Source of the DNA: Eledone cirrhosa
Lineage: Eukaryota
Length of the DNA: 64,000 nt
Reading direction: 5' to 3'
NCBI GenBank assembly: GCA_964016885.1
Contig: OZ024745.1
Span: 110,732,001-110,796,000, forward strand
Below the pieces are notes generated by a model, which made no database searches, was not told the origin of the DNA, and saw only the letters and a list, made by a program, of their open reading frames with translations. Below, piece after piece: positions 30,551 to 45,994 of the stretch. The first letter of the stretch is position 1. Every line of letters begins with the position of its first letter. Made by a program: the position numbers and the translations under genes.

Positions 30551-33500
30551 CAACACACATATATATATATATATAATGTATGTATATGGTGTGTTTATAG
30601 TTCGGAAATGGAAGACCACAAATCAAGGCAAAACTCAATATATGTTTAGATGCAGAGTCTGTATCAGGCACTACATATATATCTATCCTACCCTATATAC
30701 CATCTATATATAGGGAGAGAAAGAGAAACACACACACATGTATATAGACAATCAAATGAAGGTGTTGGCATAGCTGTGTATTTAAGATGCTGGCTTCATT
30801 ACCACAAGTTTCTAGATTCTTTCTTACTATCAGGTACATTAAACTATAGTTATCTTATATAAGCCCAGGTTGACAAAAAAACCTTTTCATTATAATTTAA
30901 TTGATGGAAACTGCACAGAAGCTTTTCATATGGAAAAATAGATGTTAACTGATATATATATATATATATGTGTATGTGTCAATGTATGTTTTCATGTGTT
31001 TGATACATCAGTTAAAACATAACTGGAACTCACTAAAAATCCTAACTTAACTAAACAGTAAAACACAGAAGGAAAAATATAGGTACCATGCTAAAATAAG
31101 AACTAGGGTCAAAATCCCTTGAAGCTGGTGTCTCAGCATGGCTATAATTCAATGCCTGAAACTATTAAAATAAATATGAAACAAACACACAAACATATAT
31201 AAGAACATATCTATGTCTGCATATGTCTGCATATGTATAAAAGAACAAGGCATGTGTCACCATTTTTATTTGTTGGTTTCAAACACTTTCGATGATGATA
31301 TAGGAATGTGGAAGGGGAAAACAGTGGCTGTGCTGAGAGAGAAAGCTATAGCTAACTTTATATACTTTACGATAATATTTCACAAGATTGGTTGATTAGG
31401 TAGAGTTGGAGAGAGAATGAGAAATAATCAGCAGTTAGATGAGCAGGCAGTGATATATAACCAGCCAGTGCTTGTATTGAGGACACTGATTTAAGGAGCC
31501 AAGCTGTATAGTTACGTACTGTTAAGTAACTCAGAGCACACACACATATATATATATTATGTTCGTACAACAAAGCATCCAGCCCACACTGTAAAGTGGT
31601 CGTGTAGGTGTCATGACAAAAAGCACCCAGCCCACACTGTAAAGTAGTCATGTAGGTGTCACGACAAAGAGCACCCAACCCACACTGTAAAGTGGTCATA
31701 TAGGAGACCCGGTAAAAAAGCTCCCAGTCCACACTGTAAATGTGGTTGGTATTAAGAAGGGCATCCAGCCATAGAAAACCTGCCAGAAACAGTTCTGTAT
31801 GAGCAAGACACGGTCTCTCGATCAATCTTGCCTCAAGTGGGACAAAACCATCCAACGCATGCTAGCGTGAAAGATGGACGTTAAACGACAATGATGATGA
31901 TGATATATATATATGTATATATATTAGGAAAATAAGAAAATAGTAGAAAATGCTAATAGGATTTTCTCATAGAATAACAGCAAAACATTTTTTTAAAAGT
32001 AATTTATCATACCGGTTTCAGCCGATAATTGTTTTGGTTTCTTTATGCTACAGGAAATATGATAAAAAGTATATAATAAAATTAAGGTGTATATTAATTA
32101 GAAGAGGGTATTAGAGAACAATTTACATTAGAGAACAGTTTATCTCTTTCTCTCTCTCTCTTTGGTGGTTTGGTGGTAGTAGCAGCTAAAATAGAAGTTG
32201 TTTTATGTGTGTATTTTGGAAGCAAGCAGTCTTTTTCAATAAATGTTATTCCTGGCATTTATTTATATGTTAATGTTAGAAATCATTTATAAATTCCCTT
32301 GTCATCATAGCTATTATGTATCTGTGTATATTCTATGTGTGTGTACACACCATTTAGATTCTCAGTTGCAATTCTTTTCTAATTCTTTCTACTTTCTATA
32401 ATAAAAGTTTAGCTTGTTCTAAAACCTCCCATCTCTCCCTACCCTTTCTCTTTACATTTCCTTTTTTTAGTTTATTATATTTATTTTATATTGCTTAAAT
32501 ATCTATGTATCTTGCAACATCCATCAAAATTATAATTATTAATTCCTAGTGTATTCAAATATGGTTTGCTATCAGATCCTTTCTCCAGCATTGCTTGTGA
32601 TTGCAACTTTAACACAGCACGAAAATTTCACTGTGAGCTGTGAACTTTTGATCAGTTAATTAAAGATTGTTTTCGCTTTGGTATGAAGTTGTGTTTTAAA
32701 AAATTGTAATCTTCATTAGTTTCATTTATGTGAATATGGAATGCAAATCAGAAGGAAATGGCTTTCTTGTCAATATGGCAGAATTGATTGTACAAATAAG
32801 TGATGAGACCAAGAATGACAGTTAATTTTAAGAAAGCTTTGAATGGTTATTAATTCTTGGTGTTGTTTCATTGGTTTCATTGTTTTTTTTAATATTTATT
32901 CATGTTTTTTTTTTGTTTGTTTTTTTCTTTTTGCTTTCTGGTTGGGAATTTAAAGCTAAAAGAAACTATATTGATTTTTTAACTGATAAAATCTGTCATT
33001 GGGAAAGAGACAAATGTATTGTTATTCACTAGCTTGTTTCATAATAATTATGCAACATCGTATAAGAGTAACAAAACTAAGACTTAAGTGAGTACACACT
33101 AGCAAGCAAGTATGTGCCTTGATGTGTGTGAGAGAGAGAGGGAGAGTAAATCAATAAAAAATGCATACATATATAACTTTTTGCATTTAGGATTGAAAAC
33201 AATTAAATAGATTTTTTTTTAAAGTGACTGACCCGAGAAAGAAAGAGATAGCGAGAGAAACGACTGTTGTGTAAGAGAGTTAATTTCTATGTCTATTACT
33301 AACTAAAGGCATTTAAATATGTTAAGACTCATATTAAAAGATTTTTAATACATTCCAGTAATTTCTTTATATTTATTAGGAATGTTCTTTGAATTTAAAT
33401 AGAGGAAAACGTTATGTATTTGACGGGGTGGGGAGATGAAAATAACATAAATATGTAAATATTAAAAAATATAAACAACAGAATATTTTTGAAAATATTC

Positions 33501-33779
33501 AAAGAATTAACCCTTTTCATACCGAACAGTATAAAACCACACTCAGTTTTATGATACTAAAGTGTTTATATTACTTAAAATCCTTCCCTCATAATTTCAT
33601 GTAAGAACCTTTATTAATTTACATTTAGGCTGTTTTGTTGATCAAATCAATAGGAATACTCATCATTATAACCAATTGAGAGCCAGTTCTCTCTCTCTCT
33701 TTATATATATATATATGCAAGCGTGGAATATGGACGTTAAACGATGATGATGATGATGATGATGATATATATATATATA

Positions 33780-34677
33780 TATATAACTGAGGATGTCTGT
33801 CTGTGTGTGTGTGTGTGTCTGAGTTTGAATCCTTAAAACTCGAGAAACACCCAACCGACTGTTTTCAAACTTTACACATATAATACTTATGTTTCGGGAA
33901 GTGTTCTGAGCAAACAAAATTTCAAATTTTCAATGCCTTAGGAGCCGCATTAGGCGATTTAACGATCTCTCTCTATAATTCTTAGTCTTTCTCTTTTTAG
34001 ATAGATACATACTTATAACGTCGCGCCCTTATAATATCTGTCTGTATGTCTGGCTGTCTGCATTACGTCACTTCCCTGAGGATGTGTGTGTGTGTCTGTG
34101 AGTTTGAATCCCTAAAACTTAAGAAATACCCAACCGAGTTTTTTTAAACTTTACATGCGTATTACTTATGTTTCAGGGAGTGTTATGCACGTAAAAAAAT
34201 TCAACTTTTTGATCCCCTAGGTGAAAAACTCCGTTTTTTAAGCTTTTTAGGGGTTTTTTGAGGCGTTACGTCAGACCGATTTCCATGAGATTGTAACTAT
34301 GTATTAGTCAGTCTCTTTTTCATACCATGAGCAAAGAAAATCCAACTTTTTTATGGCCTAGGGCCCGCATTAGTTGAAAAACTTCATTTTTTCAGCTTTT
34401 TAGGGTTCTTTTGAGGCGTTACGTCTAGCCGATTTTCCCAAAATTTCAAGGCATATTATGCACATAAAATATTCATTTTCTTGATCCCCCAGGATCAAGC
34501 ATTAGGTGAAAACCTGTATTTTTCCTGCTTCATCGAGTAAAATCTTAAAGATTATCCAGCCATCAGAGTATTCAGTTTATTTTCTTTACACATTGTCCAG
34601 GCATGCAATTTTTTCCATGATTAGCGGCTCGCGTTCCAAAATACCTTATCCCGTGCAACGCTGGGTACCACTGCTAG
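33780..34677 (+). mobile_element. Non-autonomous Helitron
   Basis: 3' hairpin CCCGTGCAACGCTGGG followed by CTAG|T at 34674-34678; 5' '(ta)taactgaggatgtctgtctgt' end; internal duplication (33787.. vs 34076..) and subrepeats. Confidence 0.7.
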
Positions 34678-34811
34678 TATACAATATATAAGGGAACAAA
34701 GAATTAGTGTTGCATCATATTCATATTTACTTACATACGTTTCACTGTCGATTGAGGAGGATTGATTAATGATTGATCCTAACTCTGGAATCGGAAGCCC
34801 CTATATATTTC

Positions 34812-34874
<63 letters not shown>

Positions 34875-34878
<4 letters not shown>

Positions 34879-34960
34879 AAAAGAGTCAGGACCCCAACGG
34901 CTGAGCTCCGGCTATTTCGACAGCTGGTCCACCTGGTTCCTAACCACACTTTCTTTCTTA
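34875..34960. mobile_element. Short 5'-inverted copy of the 18.6/62.3-kb family
   Basis: Hammerhead 3' half on the minus strand joined to the family 3' terminus on the plus strand; (TA)n flanks. Confidence 0.6.
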
Positions 34961-34994
34961 TATATATATATATATATATATATACATACACATA

Positions 34995-35034
<40 letters not shown>

Positions 35035-35311
35035 CATACACATATATGTGTATATATATATATATATATATACACATATGTATATATACACATATGTGTA
35101 TATATATACACATATGTGTGTATGTATATATATATATACACATATATATATATACACACATATGTGTGTATATATATATATATATATACACATATATATA
35201 TATACACACATATGTGTGTATATATATATATATATATACACATATATATATATACACATATATATACACATATATATATATATACACATATATATACACA
35301 TATATATACAC

Positions 35312-35342
<31 letters not shown>

Positions 35343-35409
35343 TATATATATATACACATATATATATATATATACATATATATTTACACATATACATATA
35401 TATATACAC

Positions 35410-35478
<69 letters not shown>

Positions 35479-35625
35479 TATATATATATACACACATATA
35501 TATATACACATATATATACACACATATATATATACACATATATATACACATATATATACACATATATATACGCACATATATATATATATACACATATATA
35601 TATATATACACATATATATACACAC

Positions 35626-35658
<33 letters not shown>

Positions 35659-35721
35659 TATATATATATATACACATATATATATACACATATATATGTA
35701 CACCTATATATATATATATAT
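34960..35721. repeat. (TA)/(CA) compound microsatellite
   Basis: Direct reading. Confidence 0.97.
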
Positions 35722-35724
35722 GAT

Positions 35725-35944
35725 GGAACGATCGACTTTCGTCAAATCGGACCGAGGAAACAATGTTTCCATTGGTCTTTCCAATTGCTAATACTATCTA
35801 TCGGTTGCAACTCCAAGTAGAAGGAGCAACGTGTAATAAAGTGTCTTGCTCAAGGACATAACGCATCGCCTCGTCCAGGAATCAAACTCACAACCTTACG
35901 ATTGCGAATCCAACTCTCTAAACACTCAGCCACACGCCTTCACT
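35725..35944 (-). mobile_element. tRNA-CORE SINE (copy of 10738-10951)
   Basis: Reverse-complement similarity over its full length. Confidence 0.8.
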
Positions 35945-35982
<38 letters not shown>

Positions 35983-36169
35983 CACATATATATATATACA
36001 CACATATATATATATATGTATATATATATGTATATATGAAATACTATTAGCTGAATACTATTAGCTTCTCGCTAAAACAATTTCTATACTTTTCATTTAT
36101 ATGTATATATATATATACATATATATATATGTATATATATATATACATATATATATATGTATATATATA

Positions 36170-36930
36170 TATCATCATCATCAGGTTTAGCGTCCGTGTT
36201 CCACGCTTGCATGGGTTTGGACGGAGGTTTTCCCACTTGAGGCAAGAGTGGTTGTCTTGCTCGCATAGGATTGTCTGGCGGGTTTTCTACAGTTGGATGC
36301 CCTTCCTAACACCAACCACATTTACAGTGTGGGGCTGGGAGGTTTTTACCGTGTTGCCTACACGGCCACATTTACAGCGTGGACTGTCTGGCGGGTTTTC
36401 TACAGCTGGATGCCCTTCCTAACACCAACCACATTTACAGTGTGGGGCTGGGAGGTTTTTACCGTGTTGCCTACACGGCCACATTTACAGCGTGGACTGT
36501 GTGTTTTTTTATCGTGACACCTACACGATCTCATTTGTTTCGGCCTGGATGTTGTGGGACCAACATAACTTTACATTGAAAGGGGCGGTGTGGATGGGGT
36601 GGAGGTGGTGGGACGGGGGGGTGTTTTGATAGAGATGCCTACAGACTGTAGTAGGTTTTTACTTTGTATTTAGGTAAGGCGGGTCTTCTCTATTACTGAG
36701 TACCGCCAAAGGTCTCGGTCCAGTGACATTGTCTTGGAGAGGTGTAAGCGTGTGAGGTCGGAATTTATCAGCTCGTCCCATGTTTTTCTGGGTCTGCCTA
36801 CTCCGTGGCTACCGTCTATCTTTATTGCCCTGCACTTTGTTATACAGCTGTCGTCTTTCATGCGCATCACGTGACCGTACCAACGTAGCCTTCTCTCGAG
36901 TAAACAACATCTGATCCCTCTTATTTCTAA
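36170..36930 (-). mobile_element. 5'-truncated RTE-clade LINE: ORF2 C-terminus (36670-36930) plus 3' region and (GAT)n tail
   Basis: Translation [31 protein letters not shown] is the typical RTE ORF2 C-terminal signature; the tail contains a ~120-bp tandem duplication. Confidence 0.85.
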
Positions 36931-37022
36931 TTTTTTTTTTTTTTTTTTTAATTTACATATATGTATATATATGTATATATATATACATATATATATATAC
37001 ATATATATATACATATATATAT

Positions 37023-37119
<97 letters not shown>

Positions 37120-37380
37120 TACATACAGTGAAGTTAAAACAGAAACATACCTGTATGAGTATAAATACACACACACACACTGAAGCAAGGGCAAGAGAAA
37201 GAAAATGACTTTGATAATACACTTACACAGCAGCTCTCTTCTACCAACCATGTGTTCTCATTGTTTAACTATATTTATAGATCCAGGATTTCTTGTAGCC
37301 TGGTTTGTTTATTTCTATTTGATTTGTATACTAAACTTGTTAGTAGTGTATAATACACCATCTCTGTCTGTCAGCCCCTT

Positions 37381-37430
<50 letters not shown>

Positions 37431-37539
37431 TATATATATATAATAACATAAACGGAGAAAGCCATTAGCCATACTCTGACCATATATATATTCATATACT
37501 TATATATATATATATATATATATATATTCATATACTTAT

Positions 37540-37880
37540 CATCATCATCATCATTTCATTTTACGTCCGCTTTTCCCTGCTTGCAAGGGTGGGACGGGAA
37601 CAGATTCTGGCTTGATTTCTACAGCCGGATGCCCTTCCTAACACCAACCTCATTTACAGTGAGTGCTGGGTGCTTTTTTGCCGTGGCACCTACACGACCA
37701 CTTTGCAGTGGAATGATAGGGACCCCAGTCCCTATCATCTCATTTCTACAGCTGAGTAAACTGGAGCAATGTTAAATAAAGTGACTTGCTCAAGGAAACA
37801 ACACATCACCCAGTCTGAGAATTGAACTCACAACCTTTCGATTGCAAGGCCAATGCTCTAACCACTAAGCCATGTGCCTC
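37540..37880 (-). mobile_element. Full-length tRNA-CORE SINE
   Basis: Reverse copy of 22645-22985. Confidence 0.85.
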
Positions 37881-37911
37881 CTACTTATATATATATATAT
37901 ATTCATATACT

Positions 37912-37945
<34 letters not shown>

Positions 37946-40900
37946 CATATATATATATATATTCATATATATATATATATTCATATATACATATATACTC
38001 ATAGATACATATATACTTATATTTATATATACTTATATATATATATTTATATATATATGTATATGTGTGTGTGTTAAGTACTTCCGTAGAAAAGGTAAAG
38101 GAAAGACGAGTGCTGTATGTATAGTACAGAGCTATTTAATTAAGGATCGTTTCTGTAAGGATCATCTAGTTTCTTGAAACCTTTGGTAATGGAATAATTA
38201 TAATGTGTTGTTTCGAGTATTTTCAATGTTGTCACCTCAAGCCTAGCAAACATATATATTATGCCATTGAAATGTGCATAATAGCAATGATGTAATTAAT
38301 AAAATGATATAAAATTCCAGAATACTACTTTATACATATATATATATATTTATATTGATTTAGTACATTTCCACAAAGACACAATTTAGTGGAGTTTTAT
38401 TTCATCAATATCATGTGTCTGTGTTCCATATAGAGACTGTAAAATTAATACTCACAAAACCAATGTATTATTGTTTGTCATCTCACAGTGAATGCTTGTA
38501 AAATATTTACTCAGTGTTTAAATTGAATGTTTTATGTCTGTATTGTTATTGAAAAAGCTGACAATTTTGTCATACAATTATCTCCCTTTCTTCACTCTTT
38601 AGAGAAAGAGACAGGATAAGGAGAGGTGGGAGAGTGTCATAATTCATGAGTGTAAAACAGAGACACATGGAGAGAGAGAGAGACATAAACATAAAAAGAA
38701 AGAGAAAGAGAGAGAAATTTGGATATATGCATAGAGAGGGGAGGAAAAGTTATGTACGTGACAATTCTTAAAGGTGTGTTCTCAATCTATCTAGCCATGG
38801 GTCTATGATACAAAACTATTTGTTTCTAAGTATATATATTTATCTAAATATCGCCTATCAGAATTTTATGTTAGAGGCCTTAAGTTCTATTTCAAGCACC
38901 AGATTAATAATGAGAAATCCCCCAAAATTCTTGATTACTTCCAAAATTATTTGAAAATTAGAAGCAGTATTTTTCATGAGAAATATCTCAAAGGTAGAGT
39001 TAGACTGATGTTGGAGTCAGTATGACCTGCTAGAAATAGTAGCTAAATCTCTCATACTACATCATTATAAACTTTTAAGATACAGGAATGATACGTTGGA
39101 TAATATAGAGCTTCAGCCCTTATATTTGATGGAGGTGTGAAGGAAATAGCACATGGGATTGTCATGACTGGAATGTCTTTGATGATAAGTCTGCTCAATC
39201 AGTACTGAAAATGAGGCTAACACCACCTCACACCTAACTGCCATGTTATGAAGTTGTCATATACATATAATCATATCACATGAAGGAGGAACAACAAAAA
39301 TTGATAATTTTTTTGTTAAAGTTTTTGGTGCTCCCTGTGCTTGAGTAAAACGCCCAGTCCACACTGTTACATGGCTGATGTTAGGAAGGGGAGCAAGCCA
39401 TAGAAACCTAGTCAAAAACAGATCCTTATGAGCAAGACGTTGTCACCTGACATGACATGTCTCTTAAAGTGACAACCCATCTAACTATGCATGAATGGAA
39501 AGTGAACGTTAAACAATGATAATATATATATATATATCATCACCATTTAACATCCATTTTTTTCCATGTCAGCATGGGTTAGACAAGTTGTCCCATTGTG
39601 AGACACACACACACATATATATGTATATATATATACATGAATGAGCTGAGGAAGTCACTGCTTGGTTGCTAGATGTGTTAAAAACAGCAGCCTAAATCCT
39701 CTCAAACCAGACAAATGTCTTGTGTATGTATGTATATATGTATAAGCCAATGAGGTAGATTGTGTGTTAGCTAGACCTGCTAGAAATAACAACCAAATCT
39801 CCCTCAGATCAGAGCTGACTGTAATATATGTAAATATGTGTGTATAAAGCAATTAGGGAGTCTATAGACTTGTTAGAAATAGCAGCCAAATGGCTCTCAA
39901 AATGCACCTTTCTGTAACATGCATATGTATATGCATGATCCAATATGGGAGGCCTCTACATAAAAATAGCTGCTGAATCTCTTTTAAACCACACCCTATT
40001 ATCTTCTGTATTTACATTTAGTAGGTATGAATAAACGAATAAGTAGGATTACTTAAGTAGAAGCTAGGAATGTTAGAAATAGCAGTCAGTTCTTCCTCAA
40101 CTCATATTCTGTTTTATGTTACTCTGATACAATACTTAGGTATTGCCAGAGAACTTACTAGTATGTGTAGCTGCACACACACATATGTATGATGTGAATA
40201 GAATAGGATATTCAAATATTTGTTGTGTAACTAGGGTTGACCGAATCGTTAGTGCATTGGATGAAAGGCATTGCAGTATCTTGTTACATCCCTCTACATT
40301 CTGGTTTCAAATCCCACCAAGATCAATTTTGCCTTACATCTTTTATAATTAGCTTTTTCCTATTTCCCATTCTCCTGCAAATTGTTATCCCTGTGCCTAA
40401 ATTAGAAACCATTATTGCAACTATTACACAACATTATACAATAAGTAAACCTCTACCTGATCACTAGAAATAGAAGCCAAATTTCCTCAAATCACAACCT
40501 ACCATCTTTTAAAATGGCTGGACGATATTGTACAGTGTCAGATCCGGCAAATTCTTCCCATTCGACGGGGAGATGCCTTCTCTTGTGAAAATGGATATAG
40601 CTTTCTGGATTGGCAGTATCGGTAGAGGGTCGGATGCCATGCTTTGAAGCATAGAGTTACCTCCCTTTATGATCTGAGTTCAAATCCCGCCGAGGTTAAC
40701 TTTGCCATCCTCACTGTTTTGGGGCACTTTTTTTCGTGTTTGGGTTTTTAGAGGTTGGCAGGTCTGCAATGTACTCTTAGATATAGGGAAAGCTGACCTG
40801 GGGCTAAACAATAACAAAAACAATTATTACACAATAATAATACATTTCTGTATTATTATCATATGATTGTTCAACTTATTTTATCTACTATAAAATCTTT

Positions 40901-42075
40901 ATATGATAATCACTTCTACATTTAGTTTGTCTCTTTGTGTGAGAGAGAGAGAGAGAGAGAAGTGGTTATAAATAACATTATTACTGTATGATTCTACCAA
41001 ATTATCGTGTATTTAAGAGAAAAAATATTTTATTTGTAATTTAATAATCTTTATTACAGTTTCTTTCATTTCAAAATAAAAGTAATTATATATTTAAATA
41101 ATAATAATAAATATTATTATCTAACTTTTGTTGCTTGTTATATTATCTGAAAATTACCAACTGTTTATCTATTTATTTTTTAACCCCATAGTTTTAATAG
41201 TATAAATTTGTTTAAAATTTGTTGATTAGTTTTATTATAATTGCCAAAATGTTTATTTGTTTTATCTTGGAGTCTTTAATTTTTTGTATTTTGTATTTTT
41301 GTTTGTATTTTCCTTTCTCGAAATAAATATTTAACCCTTTTGATACCAAACCACCTGAAACCGCCCTTGGTTCAACAATACAAACCTGTTTATTTTAAAG
41401 TGTTTGTATTTATCTACAAACCTTCCATCATAATTTTATGTAAGAACATTTGTTAAGTTATGTTCCAAATGTCACTTTAATAATATTTTCTACATTAGGC
41501 TCATGGCCAGTAATTTTTTGGACAGGGTTTGCGGGAAGCCAATTAAATCAATTCCTGTACTGACTGGTACTTTATTGTATTGACCCCAGAATGATGAAAC
41601 GTGTGATGCTTGGCTGGTTTTGAACTTAGAGTATCACTAAATGCTGTGAAGCATTTTTTCTGATGCTCTACCGATTCAACCAATCCACAACCCTAACTAA
41701 ATAATGAGAATATTAGATTACTAAATCCCCACCAAAATATTGATTATTTCCAAAACGATATGTAAACCATATGCAGTATTATTCATTAGAAATATTTTAA
41801 CAAAATGTTTAAAGAAGAGAAACCACATGAATTTTTTGAATTTGAGATCCCATAAAATTGTTGTATATACATCTTGTATATGTATTGTTCTTCCGATACA
41901 TTTTAGAAAGCCAACTTCCCTTTCAATTCACTCAATTGATTTATTCTGTTCTGTGGTGGAAGATTTTAAGTGTAAATTAATCAGCTTTTGTTTTGTATAA
42001 TTTGTATGCTTTATATTTTATTTCTTAACTTACTCCATACCCAAAGCGTGTGTGTGTATGTGTATATATATGTAG

Positions 42076-42108
<33 letters not shown>

Positions 42109-42109
42109 C

Positions 42110-42143
<34 letters not shown>

Positions 42144-43312
42144 GAGGAAAAAGTAATGGTATTCAATTTCTATTCCTTTTTGCTGGCATGTTAAAAGGAT
42201 GTCTAAAAGAGAAGGGGTTGGGGTCAGGTGAGCACTGATAGAAGAAGGGTCAGATAGAAAATACCAGAACCTTTTGGAAGCTTTCTTTTTTTTTTTTTGC
42301 TATAAAAGTTCAAACCAAGTTATTATATCTGACTGACAAAACTGTTTCATATAGAAATAAGGAATAATAATGCTGTAGCATAAAAGCACTCAAATAATAT
42401 CTTTAAAAGTTTTACATGTGGTCAGGGCTGAGCATAGGTATTTGAAATATTGCTATTTTTTTTTCTTTTATGTGTTTTACCCTTCACCAATTTTATATGC
42501 TATATCTGCCCCTCCCCTTTTTGTGTTCCATATCTCAAAATATGACAGAACAATGTCTATGCTTTATACAGGTAAAAAATTATAGATTTCTAAAAAGTTT
42601 GCCCTGCAATGTTTCATTCTATTTATCATCACTTCTGCAGTGAAGTGAGTAGATTTGGTCAAGCATACATTTACTGACCCCTCTTTGATTTGTCTCTGAT
42701 GGTGAATGCTGTAGTATTTACTGTAACTGTAAACAGTTTTCCAGTTTTGATTACTTAAGCATTCACAGTAGTACACAAAAGCCATTGATTTGAGAGATAA
42801 TATTTAAAACACTGTAAATGCTGTTGGCATTGGGAAGGGCATCCAACCAGAAACATTCCTATCTCAGCGAGACTCGATCACCCAACCCAACTTGCTTCTA
42901 ATGGGATAAACCCATGCAAGCTTGGAAATACACATTAAACGATGATGAGCATGATGATTTTGATACCAATCCACCTGGGCCTATTATATCAAACTGTTTA
43001 TATTTATCTAATAAAAACTTACATCATAATTTTATCTAAGAAGCTTTGTCAAGTTATACTCCAAAGACCAGCATAATAGCAAGAAAGTTATTTTGCTAAA
43101 CTTCTCTAAATTCTTAATGATTTTCAAAATTATTTGAAAATCATTGTCTGTTTTTCATTGGAAATATGGTAAAATGCTATGTGTGCATGTGAGTGTGTAT
43201 AGTTTTCCATTTTAAATGAGACAAGTGGTTAAAGCTTAAATCAACTGAAACTTTTTAGGGGTAGTGTTCAAATCTAGAGAACTTCAACAATCTGTGTTGA
43301 TCCAAGAATCAA

Positions 43313-43535
43313 TGGACAGATTTTTACAGGCAAAACCAACCATCAGATGACCCAGGGGTAGATCCCGAGCAAGATGGTTGTATAACATCCATGAGCTTGG
43401 CTGATCACGATTGGGGATCCAGCCAGATCAGTTGGAGACGGTTGCTTCTGACAGGACCCACTGGAAGGAGTGTTTGAGGACTCTAGCCCCACCACCCTCT
43501 CAGAAATAAGTGGGCGAAGAAGAAGAAGCAGCAGC
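43313..43535 (+). mobile_element. Retroposon 3' fragment with (GAA)n tail; second copy at 46378-46590
   Basis: Shared 'cgagcaagat..gatcagttggagacggttgcttct.acaggacccactggaagga'. Confidence 0.65.
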
Positions 43536-44459
43536 ATTATTTCTCTCTCTCAATTGATTAGCTCAGTTCCCTATCATCATCGACGTTTTAACGTCCACCA
43601 TTATCTGTAAATATGAAACACACAAGTAATTAGCAAGTCTCTATATTTGTCATCGTTAATAAGCCAATAAACCTATTGCTTCATTTCATTTTTCTTTTGT
43701 CTGGCAAGCTTCTCTCTATATTCATTACTAAAATTATGTTTATCATAGTAAGGGATAAAGATAAAGCCATGAATAATATTTTTTTAATAACCTCCACAAA
43801 ATTCTGCTTCAAAATACTTTTAAAAAGTGTTTTTTCTTTCTTTCCTTCTTTCTTCCGTTTGTATGTAGCTGTGTGGTTAAGGAGTTCACTGTGCACCTAC
43901 GTTGATCTGGGTTTTCTACATTAACTTTTGGTTGATTAATAATGGTTTCCACTTTTGGCACAAGGCCAGCAATTATCCCAGTGTATTACTGGTACTTTAT
44001 TTTATCGACCCCGTAAGGATGAAAGGCAAAATTAACCTCGGCGGGATTTGAACTCAGACCATAAAGGGGCGTAACTCTATGCTGCAAAGCATGGCGTCCG
44101 ACCTTCTACCGATACTATTAAATAATTGTTTCTACTTTAGGCACAAGGCCAGCAATTACCCAGTGCATTACTGGTACTTTATTTTATCGACCCCGTAAGG
44201 ATGAAAGGCAAAGTCAACTATTAAATAATGCCTTGTGGAATTTGATAGACAGAAACTACTGAATCTTATTATGTTTTCTCTCTCTCTTTATATATATGTG
44301 TGTGTGTGTGTGTTATAACTTAGCAGTCCGACAAAAATAAAATAAAACTAAGTACTGGTATCAAAATGATACTCAGCATAGCCGCAGTCCAAGAGCTAAA
44401 ACCAGTAAAATACTATATATATATATATATATACATACATATCTATATATAAACATACA

Positions 44460-44491
<32 letters not shown>

Positions 44492-45109
44492 CTATATATA
44501 TATATATATATACTATATATATATATTTACTATATATATATATTTACTAAACACACTCATTGTTAATTGCAGAGATTAAGTTACTGTTTACTTAAGAAAG
44601 GTTTCTTTCTTCCTTTTTGTTTATTTAGAAAATATTTGTAATTCACTGTGATTATTTTTGGTTTCCTCCATGTTGATAAACTAGTTGATTCTTCTGCATA
44701 TTTCATTCATATTTTGTTAATATAAGCTTTCTCATATATTTGTCCATAGTACAGTATATAAATATTATATGAAAAATTGGAAATTCTTCAAAAAGGTTTA
44801 TAACTTTTCTCTGTGTATTTATGATTCTTTTTTTATTTATTTATTTATTTTTTATTTCAACTGGAGAGATTACCAAAATGTTCTATATAAAACCTCCCCC
44901 TATCTCTCTCTCTACATATATATATATAGACATACATAAATACATATATATATAAACGGAAAAAATGAAACGAAATTTCATTTCTCACTCTTAGTACGGC
45001 TGTGCCCGGCCGATTAACTCACTCGATATGCAAATTGGGCTGCTCAGTCGTTAATATGCATAAGGAAAGTATATACTTTCAGACGTTCAATCATCTGGCA
45101 GGAAGGTAT

Positions 45110-45152
45110 GCGTTGCTGACGATAGCTAATAAGCTTGAAACTAGTACAGCGT
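45110..45152 (+). ncRNA. Minimal type I hammerhead ribozyme in TA-embedded insert ~44955-45272
   Basis: GCGTTG CTGACGA tAGCT-aata-AGCTt GAAA CTAG TA CAGCGT; palindromic ACTAGT stem III, GUA cleavage triplet. Confidence 0.85.
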
Positions 45153-45994
45153 TCCTTTGTCAGTGTTGAACAAATGAGCAACGATGGTTGCTAGACACTG
45201 TACGGCTTAATTCGGGATGTTTGTTTACAAACACACCGAGCATTATAATAAATGTTCGGTGAATCCATACGTACATATATATATGTGTGCATGTATGTAT
45301 ATATATATATATATACATACTACTGTACGTCTGTATACATATATGTATGTACGTATACATACTTATACATATATATATATATAGACATACAAACATACAT
45401 AAATACATACTTACCTACATATATATAGACACACATAAATACATACATACATACATATATGTGTTATGAAAAAATGCAACATATAATAGCAACAGCCATA
45501 AAGTTGTTAAACTAAAAAGAAAAAAAAAAGACACGAAATATGTACTATTTGAAGAAATCTTTTTGTAGATAATATATAAATATATAAGAAGAGTATTTTT
45601 TTTTTTTAATCTTGTGAACCTAAGTTATTCTGTTGTTGAACAAGTAATCATAAAAAACTCAACATTAGCTATATCATTTGAAGGTGTGTTGATTATTGTG
45701 GTGTCTACGTCTATCTCAGTTTCTAATTTAGTTGGGTGTCTGGTTTAATAAAATTTTGCAACTTTCTTTCGTTGCTGGTAGTGGTAGTGGTGGGGGTGGT
45801 ATTATATTATTCTTTTTACTAGTTCTAGTCATTAGACTGCTGCCATGTTTGGGCGTCGCGTTGAAGAGGTTGAGTCGACCATACCAAACCTGATACGTAT
45901 TCTATCGATATCTTTTTGTCAGCACTACTAGGTTACGGGGCATAAATAAACATTAACACACACACATATGGATTATATATATATATATATATAT

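Noticed and set aside
38070-38250. GAAAC-containing segments resembling hammerhead halves
   Set aside because: Could not assemble stems and core in register
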